From the human T2T-CHM13v2.0 reference genome, Homo sapiens, in the NCBI RefSeq assembly GCF_009914755.1, contig NC_060931.1: a stretch of 64,000 nucleotides of DNA, one strand, 5' to 3'. Made by a program: the position numbers and the translations under genes. Of this stretch, positions 39,815-57,895 are shown piece by piece. The notes beneath the pieces were generated by a model, which saw only the letters and a list, made by a program, of their open reading frames with translations, was not told where the DNA came from and searched no databases. Within the stretch, counting starts at the first letter, position 1. Every line of letters starts with the position of its first letter.

Positions 39815-40160
39815 GGGTATGCATGGTTCTTTTCATTCCAAAGATTCCCAAAGCACTTTTATAAGCTTAACTTGGGCTAAATATCCCCATTACCTCATCC
39901 AGCTCTGAAATGTAGCAACCTCTGGGGGAAACTGTGGCAGCTGCTTAACAATGCACAGACATACTGTACCGCAGCGTGAACACAGGAGGCTGCTGGGCTA
40001 ACAGCTCTCTTTTATTTTGCATGGCAAGAGATGCAGATCAGGAGAACTGAATCAGGAAATTGCCCAGGAGCACTACCCCACTCCACATGAGTGTGCTCTT
40101 CACAGAATCTTAGAGGTATAAGGCACTTTCACCCAAGGCATACATTCCAGCAGCCAGGCA
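39815..40160 (-). mobile_element. Probable AmnSINE1 (Deu-domain SINE) relic
   Basis: tttcattccaaagattcccaaagcactttt and ctgaaatgtagcaacctctgggggaaactgtggcagctgcttaacaatgcacag match my recalled AmnSINE1 antisense blocks (ctgaaatgcagccacctctggggtggaacgcggcagctgtttaacagcgcacag). Confidence 0.7.
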
Positions 40161-40659
40161 ACCCTTCTGATGCTTGTAGATCAGGAAGGGAAAGGACTGA
40201 ATAAAAAGATGGTTCTGGGAGGTGGCTTAGAAGGGTAGCACTTTGTAAAGTTTCCTGCATGTTGAGAATTTGACCTTATGCTTTTGGTTTGTGTGTTACG
40301 GGAGCTAGACCATTTCCATGTTCTCCTATCTTCCACTCTGCTCTGTTCCTTGAGAGGCTGAGTTTTGTGGGGTGCCTCCCTGGGATTCCCCTGCCCTCTG
40401 GCTTCTGGGATCAGCCAACGGTTAGAGAACAATGGTATCGGGGTACTCATTTCCTCTGTGCAGCGTTCCTCCACCAAAGCTGCAGTGCCTGTGAAAGAAC
40501 CTTCTCCTCCAGCTACAGCCACTTCTGCATTACCTACATGCAGAGAAACCTCTCCTTACCCCTTAGACCAACAGGACAAGTGCTCCCTAGTGTTGTTAGT
40601 CCCAGGGGCATCATCTTCCCTTAACCCCACTCCACTCCACCCCAAGTTACCTTTTGTAA

Positions 40660-41365
40660 AGAATCCATTTATTCATCTCCTCAAATACGCTGTTTGAGTG
40701 TAGACATCTGCTGGGACCTGATGAGTCATGATAGGAACATGTACGAGAAAGTCCAATGAAGAATATGTGTTTATATTAAGACTTAATTTGAATGAACATC
40801 TACCTTGGGCTAGACAGGGTTTACATGCTTTACCTGTACAATCTCATTTAGTTTATTCTTCATTCAACATACGATTTGATCATATCTCCATATCAGCCAT
40901 AATTCTAGGTTTTGCAAAACTAGTGGTCAAGGCAGAAGACAACTTTGAACTTTTGGAGCTTAAATTGTATTGGAGGGACTCAAAAGGTAAACTAGGAATT
41001 GATACTATATCTGAGTGTCATGGAAAAAGCCTGGCTAAGGCGAACAGGGAGTAAGGGGCTCAGGGGAGGGCTATGATTTCATGGGGTGATAATGGAAGTC
41101 TTCTGTGAGAGGAAGCCATGAAGTAGGACTGAAATGAGGGAGGGGATGAGCCCTGTGGGAAAGGCAAGTGAAATTATTTCTGTTTGATGGATTTTAAAAA
41201 TGAGGCATTGATGAGTTACATGACTTGCTGAAAGTCATGTAGGTAAAAACTGGTAGAGCCAAGACTGTCTTATGAGAAAGCTAAGCATAGATTTCCTTAG
41301 TTACCCAATACAGGAGAATAGCAGGTCTCTATAAATACTTGTTGAAGGAATGAATAAATGAACTT
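40660..41365. mobile_element. Cluster of L2 and MIR fragments
   Basis: atccatttattcatc; gaacatctaccttgggctagac; ataaatacttgttgaaggaatgaataaatga. Confidence 0.55.
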
Positions 41366-41489
41366 CGAAGTCTGTGTCATAACTAATCATAACTAATAAC
41401 AACTGATTATGTGTTTATAACTAATAAGAATGCTGTCTCCCTGGGAACAAAGGATAGGACTTTCAGGTTAAGCAAAAGGCTGGCAATCT

Positions 41490-42378
41490 CTGATATGCAA
41501 GATTGGTTCAATGTTAGAAAACTAAGAAGTAGAATTCACCATTATTAGCAGACTGTAAGGAAGAAAAACATATAATCATCTCAATAAATTCATAAAAGGC
41601 AGAATTCAAGAGCCATGATAAAACTCTCAGGAAATTGAGAATGAATAAGAACTTCTATAACCTGATGAAAGACATGTAGTACAAGCTTGTAGCTGATATT
41701 TCTGATTATGTATTAATGAATGAATGCTTTTATTTTAAGATTGTAAACAAAGCAAAGTTGTTTGCTGTTACCACACTTATTCAACCTTTTTAGTGGAGTT
41801 ATTAGCCAACAAAATAGGGAAAGAAAAAGTAAAAAAAAAAAAAAAAGGCATACATGTTAGAAAGGAAGAAATAAATTTGTCTTTATTTTCAGATTACATG
41901 ATGGCCTATGTCGAGAATCCCAAAGTATCTACAAAAAAGCTTCTAAAAGTAGGTAAATTTAGTGAGATGATAGGATACACAGCAAACATCAAAAGATCAA
42001 AATATTGAAAATTTAAAAATGTTGAAGTACCGTATTTATATAACAAAACATAAAATTCTTAAAACTCAAATACTCAATACTTTATATGAAATATGTGCAA
42101 GATACGTATGCCAAAATTACAAAGCATTCATGAAATAAACAATAGTAGATTTAAATAAAATGGGAGCTATATCATGTTAATGGATTGCAAATCTTAATAT
42201 TGTAAAGATGCTAGTTTACCCCAAATTGATCTGTAGATTCAAGGTAATATCAATCAACATCCTTTTTTTTTTTTTGGTAGAAATTGATAAGCTGATTCTA
42301 CTTGGAAAAACAAAGGAGTCAATGTGTCCAAAACAATATTGAAAGAATGAATTTGAAGGATTCACTCTAGATGATTTC
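41490..42378 (+). mobile_element. Old L1M ORF2 (RT) fragment
   Basis: ORF 41793-42008 KEEINLSLFSDYMMAYVENPKVSTKKLL, a degraded L1 RT LFADDMIVY motif. Confidence 0.85.
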
Positions 42379-42798
42379 AATATGGAGATTCATCAGTTTG
42401 GGAACACCAGGAGCGAGCCTTCTTTGGAAGAGGGTGATAACTCTCTCTTGAGGTAACACCAATAGGAGATGTTGCTTTATCACACCTGTATTCAGGACAA
42501 CATCCAGCTTGACCAATGCACCAATGTTCAAGGTCACTGTCAGCAGCCTGACTGAATCTCATTAGGTAAATGGAGCATTACTTGATAAGGATTGAAGAAT
42601 TGGGCATTAGGGCATCATTTCCTATTCACCTTTCAAATCTCATCCTAACCCTCATTTCCAAAGTGGTTATATAATCTTCTGAGAGTTTCAGTTCATCTGT
42701 GTCCTCGCCAACACTTGATGTATAGTCAGTCACTTTAAAGTTAGCCATCTCGTGGTAGGCCTTTTCTCTTAAATGCAGAGCGGCTTCATTTCTTCAAA

Positions 42799-42925
42799 AG
42801 GAGATCAGATACTCAGATTTATGGGAACCAAACCAACTTATGCCTGTCATCCTGGTGAAATTATTAATAGGGATCCTCTGACCCTCCAAAGTGTCCTGGT
42901 CTGGATAATAAAATATATAATCCCT
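42799..42925 (-). mobile_element. MER94-like hAT-Blackjack MITE
   Basis: ttatgcctgtcatcctggtgaaattattaatag...caaagtgtcctggtctggataataaaatat. Confidence 0.7.
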
Positions 42926-43963
42926 CCACTTCTAGCCCTGTTGGCCAAGCCCCAGGCTGTCCTTCCAACTCACAATGGCCCATCAAGGGTTCTGTTCAAC
43001 AAAGACTTTACTCTGAAAGGGGTATTACAGGAGGAAAGGACTGGCATAAGGTAGCCTAGTGCTACCCTAGGGGCCATTCTTGCTATCAAGTGAGAAGAGC
43101 TTGGCTGACCATGAAACCAACAAAGAGAAAACTAGAGCTGAGAGACAGGAGTCAGCCCATGTCCTGATGACATCATTTGACCTTGGCATCTCTGTACTTT
43201 CCACCATTTTGCTGTGAACCTAAAACTGCTAAAAAAAAAAATAAACTCTATTAAAAACAAGCAAACAAGCCTTTGCACACATGTAATGAGTCTGAGATAG
43301 TTGACCTGGCTGACTCATAGAAAATCTATCCTGTTGGGCCTTAAGTATCTTATATGTCTTTGGAAATGGCATCAGTGAAAATAACCACAACCAAATCCAG
43401 GCTAGTGTGGAAGTCCTGTCTCAATTCTGATTGAATGAGATGTTAATTGGCTTTATATTGAGTAATTTGTTCTTTCTTCCACTTATTAACTCTGTCTGCA
43501 GTGATCACAATTGGATCCACAGTTAGCTGCAGAGAAACTCTCGATCTTCCAATATTTAACCTTTTGAGTTTTGCTTTTGCTTTTGTTAATATTAGCATTA
43601 TCATATTAATATAAATGTTCTCTTTTTTCTGTTAGTGATTTAAAATATTTACTTCATCAGAAATTGATATTGATATTTTTAAAAGCCAATATGAACAAAT
43701 TATTTATACAAGTATATACAGCTTTTATTTTCTCTTTGACCCAGTAGTTTTGTAGAAGACCATTGTAAAATTTCTAACTTGTGGAATTCTATATCTAAAC
43801 ATTTACTGTTACTTCTAATTTTATTTTATTGAAGGCAGAGATTCTGTTTTTTCCCATATAAATTGAGATTCAATTTGTGGCTTAAAATAAGATTATTTTC
43901 TAAAAGCTACTAATAAACACTGCAAACAAAATAATGATTTATATTTGTAAGGTAAAAAGTTAA

Positions 43964-44452
<489 letters not shown>

Positions 44453-44581
44453 TAACTACGGAAAAAAGTTAACTCTTCAACAGATGTTTATCTACATTTT
44501 AAAAGGGGATTTTTTTGAGAAACATATAAAAACACAAATGACCACTTCATGGGGCACTTTACACAATAACATAGGCAATAA

Positions 44582-44890
<309 letters not shown>

Positions 44891-45417
44891 TAAAACCATA
44901 CATATTTTTGCAGGCATCGACATTCAGATATACTAACAGATAAAACAGCTATGAGCGAATGAACCCTATTTATAATAAAGAAATAGGTTGAAGAGCAAAA
45001 TGTATAAATGCATATCACTATGGTTGGTAATTCTGTGCACCCAGATTGATAATGCAGTCATTTGCAATACTGTGATGAACAACCCAAATCTTTACACAAA
45101 ATTGAACAAAAACCTGATAGGTCACCACCACACCAATTGCTCAAAGACTTGAGATCTCGAGAAATTTCATCTTTCACAACTGCAGATGTACATAAAGGAC
45201 ATCTCTTCATTTATTGAGAAAGTTTCAACACTTTTACATATACACACAGTGCTTACTCACGAAGTCAATGTTGTGATAATGCACTTCCATAGAGTCACAT
45301 TTGCATAAAGTCAATTGGAACTTTCTCAAAGTCTTTACACAATTTATACCTCAAGTATTGGAAATGATGAGATGAAATATACAGCATAGCGAATTGTAAA
45401 AGAAAATGCTGACAGTT

Positions 45418-45458
<41 letters not shown>

Positions 45459-45650
45459 AAGATAAAGAAAAAAAAAACCAAAAACTAAATAGAAAATCCT
45501 GCATATGAAAAAGTGTATTAAAGGGATAGATAATGGGCATAGAGATAGTTCAAAAGGACTATCTTCCTCATAGGAACTATCTTTCTTCATAAGAAAGTCA
45601 TAAGACTTTCACTATCATTAACTTGCATATTTTGAAGTCTGGTATCATGA

Positions 45651-46033
<383 letters not shown>

Positions 46034-46150
46034 TCCTTTTTAAAATTGTTCTGTGATTCAACATACACCAACATGAGCATTTTCTAGTACGTTTTCCCAT
46101 TTTGTATGCCATGCTTCTATGTTGTCTCAGGTATGTGGGAATCCATTCAT

Positions 46151-46363
46151 CAGGAAAGGTAATGGGACTTCAACAGAGAAGGTCTGAGTGGGTGGGGTCA
46201 GCAGAGAACTAGGAGGCAAAAAGAAGGGTGTAAGAAGCCATTTGAAGATGCACGTCCCATACCCATGTCAGGGAACTCATTTCTGTGAGACCTCTTGGAA
46301 GCATCCACATGTCACCTCTCAGGGAAAAGAGCCACTTGAAACATGTCCAGAAGCCAAAGCCAG
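46151..46363. repeat. Inverted copy (~90% identical) of 48059-48265, inserted in the transposase
   Basis: manual alignment: 18 mismatches and one 6-nt gap over 207 nt; flanked by gaatccattc at 46139-46148 and 46365-46374. Confidence 0.95.
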
Positions 46364-47504
46364 TGAATCCATTCCTTCTGGGTACACTCATTGTAGACCA
46401 GAAACAATACAGGTGATAGTACAGCAACAATGTTGCGTGTCTTCTTATCTTACCATGCACATAATTATTTTGAATCACTCAGTAACTTCGCTGGCTTTTT
46501 CAGGTAAACACAGCTTTAATTCATTAAAAGCTCCTGGAATGTCATCAGCTGGAAGGAATGCAATGAGGCAAATGACACATTTTTAAACTGAAGTTTTTGT
46601 TGTTGTCATATGGCATGGCCAATCTACTCATTTGAATTTTCTGCCGAATGCGTTGGAGTGAATGGAAAAAAACCAACTTTATAGGTAACACCTTGACGTT
46701 TACTTTTAGAAGCCTTGATCACACCTAATTCCAAATCTGTCATTATGGTTTGGGGATTCCATTGAAATCCATTTTCTTCTGCATGAAGAAAATAATGAGG
46801 TGATAGTTCCACCCAACATGATGCAACTATCCTGTGATTATGATTTTGGGGATTTTAGCTGTTAGGGATTTTAGACTTTAGGGATTTTCATCTTTCAGGA
46901 TTTCAACATTCTGGATTGTGTCTTTTAGGATTATGATCCAAACCCCTTATGTTAATAAAATTAATATTTTAAAATATTTGCCTACTTCCTTGACAAAGGC
47001 TGAGAGATATGTTCATTTGTTCTACAACTGCGTTTTTGTCATTTTTTTATTTCCATTTTTAATTTTAATACTTCGACATAAGATTATTTGTCACATAAAC
47101 CTTTATGATGAATATATTGTACTTCTGCCAATATAAAATGACCCCTGTGTCTCATTACTACCTGTAACATAAATTATACATTGTCTGGAATTATCTTGAC
47201 CTCAGATGTTTATATTACTATTTGTCTTGTATAAGTGCTTGACTCTATTTTTGGCTTGTTTACTTGTTGTAGGTACAGTGTTGGGTTTTATTTTATTTCT
47301 CTATAGATTCACCCAAGAGCATTTATCCTTTAGTAAGTAATCTAGACCACTTATGATCAGTGACATATTTGGTAAGTTTGGTCTGGTTTCTATTTTTTTT
47401 TTTTTTTTTTTGCTATTTACATTTTGGTTTCCTTGTTTTGTGTTTTGCTACATGAACTATGTTTTATTTGCATTTATGTCCTTCAGTGTTTTGGAGTATA
47501 TATA

Positions 47505-48030
47505 TGGTAGACAACGCTTGGGATACCTTCTCAGGCCATGCCCCTTTGCCTAAGAATGCTCTCACACCTGTCTGAGTGAGTCCTTGGCAGCCATATTTGT
47601 ATAATATAATCTATAACACTGGCACTGGTTGAGTGAAACTGGGTAGACATCTGACTCTGGGCTGATCAAAATCTCTCTCTCAGGTATTTGGACTGGGACC
47701 TTTTATGTGCTGGTCAGTTTGAGGTTCTCTCAAGAAATAAGAAAATATATACATAGGAGCTGTGTTTGAGCCTTCACACCATTCATAGTGGAAACTGAGG
47801 AGAAAGAAAAGAATAAAAGCCAAGGTGCAAATATATTCAAAAGTATCCCCAGAAGCTAGAGAGAGAGTGTGGGTGGGGGGTGGGGCCAGCAGGCAAGTAG
47901 AATGCCAAAGAAAGGGAGAGGGAGTGAGGAGAGAGACCTGCCTGATCACCTAGCTTGCCCATGGTTCTCATTTCTAAATCAACCCTCCAATGGGTTCTGC
48001 TATGCTTCCTGTCCTTAGATGCCATGAGCG
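47505..48030 (+). mobile_element. ERVL LTR (LTR33/LTR16-like)
   Basis: ggcagccatattt...gggtagacatctgactctgggctgatcaaaatctctctctcaggtatttggactggga. Confidence 0.55.
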
Positions 48031-48973
48031 ATTCCAGTCGTATTCCGGTGGCACCAACCTGGTGTTGGCTTCTGGACATGTTTCAAGTGGCTCTTTTCCC
48101 TAAGAGGTGACATGTGGGTGCTTCCAAGAGGTCTCATAGAAATGAGTTCCCTGGCATGGGCCATTCATACCCAAATGGCTTCCTATACCCTTCCTTTTGC
48201 CTCCTGGTTCTCTGCTGACCCCACCCACTCAGACCTTCTCTGTTGAAGTCCCATTACCTCCCCTGTGACCCACTTGGGTTCATCCTTTACAAAGATGCCA
48301 GGCTGGCTCTTTCCCTCACATACTCCTGGCACACATCTGGTCCATAGGAAACATGTGCATTTTACTCTTTGTAGGTTGGAGTTTAGTTATTTACCAACCA
48401 TAGCCCTCTATTGCCCAAGGCTGCTGGAGGAAGCCCTGAGCTCTCTCCACGGGTTTTCTTTCAGCTTCTCTCACTAGGCTTGAGGTTAGGGGAAGCATCT
48501 TGCCCCACAGGAGGAGCATAAATCACAGCACTTCTGACAAGTCTCTGTACAGTAATATTCTCTAGAATTTCCAACCTCAGACTTTTACAAGCATCAGGAG
48601 GCTGTTGAGCAAATGGTCACAAAGTTAGTTATTGGCCACTTCCTTTCCAGCTCTATGGTGATGCTTAGATGATCAGCCCTTTACTTTGGAATGGGTAAGT
48701 AGAAGGCAACTATTATTCTGGGGCTACAGACTAACTAATCAGATTTCCATTTCTACAAATACAATGTACACATAGACAGAATATTTTCTAATACTTATGC
48801 ACTCACACAGGATAAGGGGCCATTATTTCTCCAAAATACACTTCATAAATAGGTTCAGTTGGTAATCTTTCACAACTCATAATAACTTGAGTAGTTAAAA
48901 GAATGATTCATTTTTTGAATGTTTATCCTCTTATTTGGCTTAATATTTCTTTTATGATTAAAATAAATAATAC

Positions 48974-49578
48974 TTTACACTGTTGGTGGGAGAGTAAATT
49001 AGTTCAACCATTGTGGAAGACAGTGTGGTGATTCCTCAAGGATCTAGAACTAGAAATACCATTTGACCCAGCAATCCTATTACTGGTTATATACCCAAAG
49101 GATTATAAATCATTCTACTATAAGGACACATGCACACGTATGTTTATTGCAGCACTATTCACAATAGCAAAGTCTTGGACCAACCCAAATGCTCATCAAT
49201 GATAGACTGGATAAAGAAAATGTGGCACATATACACCATGGAATACTATGCAGCCATAAAAAAGGATGAGTTCATGTCCTTTGCAGGGACATGGATGAAA
49301 CTGGAAACCATCATTCTCAGCAAAGTAACACAAGAGAAAAGTAAACACCGTATGTTCTCACTTATAAGTGGGAATTGAACAATGAGAACACATGGACACA
49401 GGGAGGGGAACATCACACCAGGGCCTATCAGGAGAGATAGCATTAGGAGAAATACCTAATGTAAATGAAGAGTTGATGGGTGCAGCAAACCAACATAGCA
49501 CATGTATACGTATGTAACAAACCTGCACGTTGTGCACATGTACGCTAGAACTTAAAGTGTAATAATAAAAATAAAAAA
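48974..49578 (+). mobile_element. 5'-truncated L1PA 3' end (G-rich 3'UTR tract deleted)
   Basis: ORF 49130-49378 WHIYTMEYYAAIKKDEFMSFAGTWMKLETIILSK = ORF2p C-terminus; cacaccagggcctatcaggagagatagcattagg lacks the poly-G run. Confidence 0.9.
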
Positions 49579-50439
49579 AGAGGTACCCTGCTTACATATC
49601 TCCCCATAGCAAGTCTCATAACCCAGCCTCTAAATAAATAAATAAATAAATGGATAAAAATTAAAAAATAAAAAAAATTTGTAAAAAAATACTTAATAAC
49701 ATTTTCTACTTGCTTATACCTTAGCATTTACAGCATGATTTCAGAAAAATGATTTTATTTCATCTTTACAGCAGTCCTTTAGGGTTCATCTCATCCTACA
49801 AAGCTGGCACAGAGAGACATTAATCCACATCCATTGGCTTGAAGTCCAGTGTCCCTTATTTTATATTGCTACTACAGCTTAAATAAATACATAAATACAA
49901 GTTAAGATAACAACAACAACAACAACAACCATGGCAATGGGACCCTGACTGGAAGAAAGATTTTGATTCCTGGTCACATCTCTTGAGGAGTGGACTATCA
50001 CTCACAGTCCCATCTCAGCCACAAGCGTTGTGGCTGATGGCAGGCAGCAGGGAGGACGGGAGCTGAACAGATCAAATGACCCTCTTTATGCCAATGGGTC
50101 ACACCATAATCCTAGTGAGGTAGGAGTGGGAGTAGGAGCATGTAAGAATTTTCTTTCCTGAGACCCCAAAACAAAAGCATCTCTCTTTATAAAGATTTCC
50201 AATGCTCTGCAGGCTTGTGAAGTTGTGAAGACCATGCGTAAGCTCAAGTCAAGATAAATAAGATATGAAACTACAAACATGAGCATCTTGACTCCCCTGC
50301 ACTTCTCACCCATGGTGCCCCTCCTGAGCAGTGATTCCCACCCTGGTCCAGCTTTGATCCTACAGGAATGAACGTGCTTCCCACCTTCAGTGAGCTTCTC
50401 CTTTTGCTCCATCACTTCCAGCTGGAGTTTCCCATCCAA

Positions 50440-51588
50440 CCTGTTTTGAATTAAGATTAATAAATGTATTTGAAATTGAAATCGTCTTTTCCCCTTGGCC
50501 TTATCCCTGGCTCTAAATTCTCACCCCAGTCTCAAGGCATGATAAATACATACATAATTCATGTATAGAATAAACCTATCTTCTCTGTTCACTGTATTTT
50601 TGCCATTTGCAACTTCCCTGTGCCTTCCAGCTTTGAGAGAATTTCCTGCCCGCTCTCACTCCCACCCAAGTCACTTAACAGTATGTTCTGTAAGTTCCTC
50701 CAAGTATGCTGACAGAGGTTGAACCTACTCCTTTTATTGGTTGTATAAGATTCTATTATGCTGATATTCCAAAATTTGTTCAAACCTTCCCTGCAACATT
50801 TCATGCTGCTTCCAATTTTTTTTCATAACAGATCTGTAATCAGTATATTTATCCCATATTTTTTTCCATATTTATGCTTACATATCTATGGGCTGGATCT
50901 CCAGGAGCCAATGCTGGGTCAAAGGCTCTGTCTACTTTTAATTTTCATGGATGTTGTCAAATTGCTTTCCGAAATGGGCTGAAACAATTTATATTTCCAA
51001 CTGCAATTAATAAAAATTCTCTTTTCTCCTACATCCGTGCCAGTAGTAGGTATTATTTCTTACTGATTTTTACCAATTTGATGGTTGTAAGTGATATCTG
51101 GTTGTTAGCTTAATTTGTAATTTCTTTCACTGTGAGGGAGGTGGAGAATATTTCCACCTTTTTATTGGATTTATTCTTTCAATTATTTACTTTATTTGAA
51201 TTTACTGTTCTATGAAGTATCTATTCATATTCTTTGTCCATTTTAAATGAGAGTTTTGTCTATTCATTATCAATATTCCTTTCTAATATGAAGATTTAAC
51301 CTGCCATCCACATCACAAATATTACCAATATTTAATATTAATATATAGACAATGTATCCTTTCTATCAAACATTTGTTTTTTATTAAAATATGTTCTTCT
51401 CTCTTTGATAGTATATATGCATATTTTAACATTCCTTTTTTAGTCAATTGCTATTCATTTTTTGTATGAGTAGTAAGGTAGAGAGTTACTTTTTTTGAAA
51501 ATATTAATTTCTTACAACACTAACTGAATCATCTTTTTGTTCCTACTAATTTATAATAGCACTTTCATTATATTCAAAAATTGTATGT
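50440..51588 (-). mobile_element. Old L1ME-type fragment (resumes ~60310-60640)
   Basis: gtcaaattgctttccgaaatggg...tttaccaatttgatggttgtaagtgatatct. Confidence 0.6.
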
Positions 51589-51701
51589 GGCTGGGGGTGG
51601 TGGCTCATGCCTGTAATCCTAGCACTTTGGGAGGCCGAGGCGGGCAGATCACTGGAGGTCAGGAGTTCGACACCAGCCTGACCAACCTGGTGAAACACCA
51701 T
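51589..51701 (+). mobile_element. AluS left part (split by THE1A)
   Basis: ggctgggggtggtggctcatgcctgtaatcc...ggtgaaacaccat, stops abruptly at the LTR. Confidence 0.9.
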
Positions 51702-54030
51702 TGTATTAGTCCATTTTCACACTGCTGATAAAGATGTATCTGAGACTGGGCAATTTACAAAAGAAAGAGGTTTATTGGACTTACAGTTCCACGTGGCTGG
51801 GGAGGCCTCACAATCATGGCAGAAGGTGAAAGGCACATCCCACATGGCAGCAGACAAGAGAAGAGAGTTTGTGCAGGGAAACTCCCATTTTTAAAACCAT
51901 CAGATCTCGTGAGACTCCTTCACTATCACAAGAATAGCGCGGGAAAGACCTGCCCCCGTGATTCAACCTCTCTCACCAGATACCTCCCACAATATGTGGG
52001 AATTATGGGAGCTACAAGATGAGATTTGGGTGTAGACACAGAGCCAAACCATATCATTCTGCCCTTGGCCTCTCCCAAATCTCATGTCTTCACATTTCAA
52101 AACCAATTATGCCTTCTCAACAGTTTTCCAATGTCTTAACTCATTTCAGCATTAACTCAAAAGTCCACAGTACAAAGTCTCATCTGAGAAAAGGCAAGTC
52201 CCTTCCACCTATCAGCCTGTAAAATCAAAAGCAAGTTAGTTACTTCGTAGGTACAATGGGGGTACAGGTATTGGGTAAATACAGCCATTCCAAATGGGAG
52301 AAATTGGCCACAACAAAGGGGCTACATGCCCAATGCAAGCCCGAAATCCAGCAGGGCAGTCAAATCTTAAATCTCCAAAATGATCTCCTTTGACTCCATG
52401 TCTCACATCCAGGTCACACTGATGCAAGAGGTGGGTTCCCATGGTCTTGGGCAGCTCCGGCCCTGTGGCTTTGCAGGGTGCAGCTTCCCTCCTGGCTGCT
52501 TTTATGGGCTGTCATTGAGTCTGCAGCTTTTCCAGATGCACAGTGCAAGCTGCTGGTGGATCTACCATTCTGGGGTCTGGAGGATGATGGCTCTCTTCTC
52601 TCAGCTCCACTAGGTGGTGCCTCAGTAGGGACTCTGTGTGGAGGCTCCAACCCCACATTTTCCTTCTGCACTGCCCTAGCAGAGGTTCTCCATGAGGGCC
52701 CTTCCCCTGCAGCAAACTTCTGCCTGGGCATCCAGGCGTTTCCCTACATCTTCTGAAATGAAGGTGGAGGTTCCCAAACCCCAGTACTTGACTTCTGTGC
52801 ACTTGCAGGCTCAACACCATGTGGAAGCTGCCAAGCCTTGGGGCTTGCACCCTCTGAAGCCATGGCCCAATCTCTACATTGGCCCCTTTAAGCCACAGCA
52901 TGCAGGGCACCAAGACCCTACGCTGCACACAGCATGGAGATCCTGTGTCTGACCCACGAAACCATATTTTCCTTCTAGGTCTCCAGGCCTGTGATGGGAG
53001 GGGCTGCCACAAAGGTCTCTAACATGCCCTGGAGACATTTTTCCCCTTGTCTTGGGGATTAATATTCAGCTCCTCATTACTTATGCAAATTTCTGGAGCC
53101 AGCTTGAATTTCTCCTCAGAAAATGGGATTTTCTTTTCTGTTACATTGTTAGGATGCAAATTTTCCAAACTTTTATGCTCTGCTTCCCTTATAAAACTGA
53201 ATGCCTTTAACAGCACCCAAGTCACCTCTTGAATGCTTTGCTGCTTAGAAATTTCTTCTCCCAGATACCCTAAATCATCTCTCAAGTTCAAAGTTCCAGA
53301 AATCTCTAGGAAAGGGGCAAAATGCCACCACTCTCTTTGCTAAAACATAACAAAAGTCACCTTTGCTCCAGTTCCCAACAAGTTCCTCATCTCCATCTGA
53401 GACCACCTCAGCCTGGACCTTGTTGTCCATATTGCTATCACCATTTTGGGCAAAGCCATTCAACAAGTCTCTAGGGAGTTCCAAACTTTCCCACATTTTC
53501 TTGTCTTCTTCTGAGCCCTCCAAACTGTTCCAACTTTTGCCTGTTACCCAGTTCCAAAGTCGCTTCCACATTTTCAGGTATCTTTTCAGCAGCACTCCAC
53601 TCTACTGGTAACAATTTACTGTATTAGTCCCTTTTCATTCTGCTAATAAAGACATACCCGAGACTGGGTAATTTACAAAAGAAAGAAGTTTATTGGACTT
53701 ACAGTGCCACGTGGCTGGGGAGGCCTCACAATCATGGTAGAAGGTGGAAGGCATGTCTCACATGGCAGCAGACAAGAGAAGAGAGTGTGTGCAGAGAAAC
53801 TTCCATTTATTTTTATTTTATCTTTTATTATACTTTAAGTTCCAGGGTACATGTACACAACATGCAGGTTTGTTACACAGGTATACATGTGCCATATTGG
53901 TTTGCTGCACCCATCAACTCAACATTTACATTAGGTATTTCTGCTAATGCCATCCCTCCCCCCGCTCCCCACCCCCTGACAGGCCCCAGTGTGTGATGTT
54001 CCCCACACTGTGTTCATGTGTTCTCATTGT

Positions 54031-57832
<3,802 letters not shown>

Positions 57833-57895
57833 TATGATGTTAGCTGGTTATTTTGCCCATTAATTGATACAGTTTCTTCATAGTGTTGATGGTCT

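Noticed and set aside
42380-42640. Coding-looking sequence abutting an L1 break
   Set aside because: All frames close quickly and I recognise no protein; no tail or TSD.
49606-49630. agtctcataa similarity to the tRNA-Met anticodon arm
   Set aside because: No cloverleaf, A/B boxes or acceptor stem.
52380-53611. Dense cluster of overlapping ORFs
   Set aside because: THE1 internal sequence; fragmented MaLR ORF remnants and their antisense frames.
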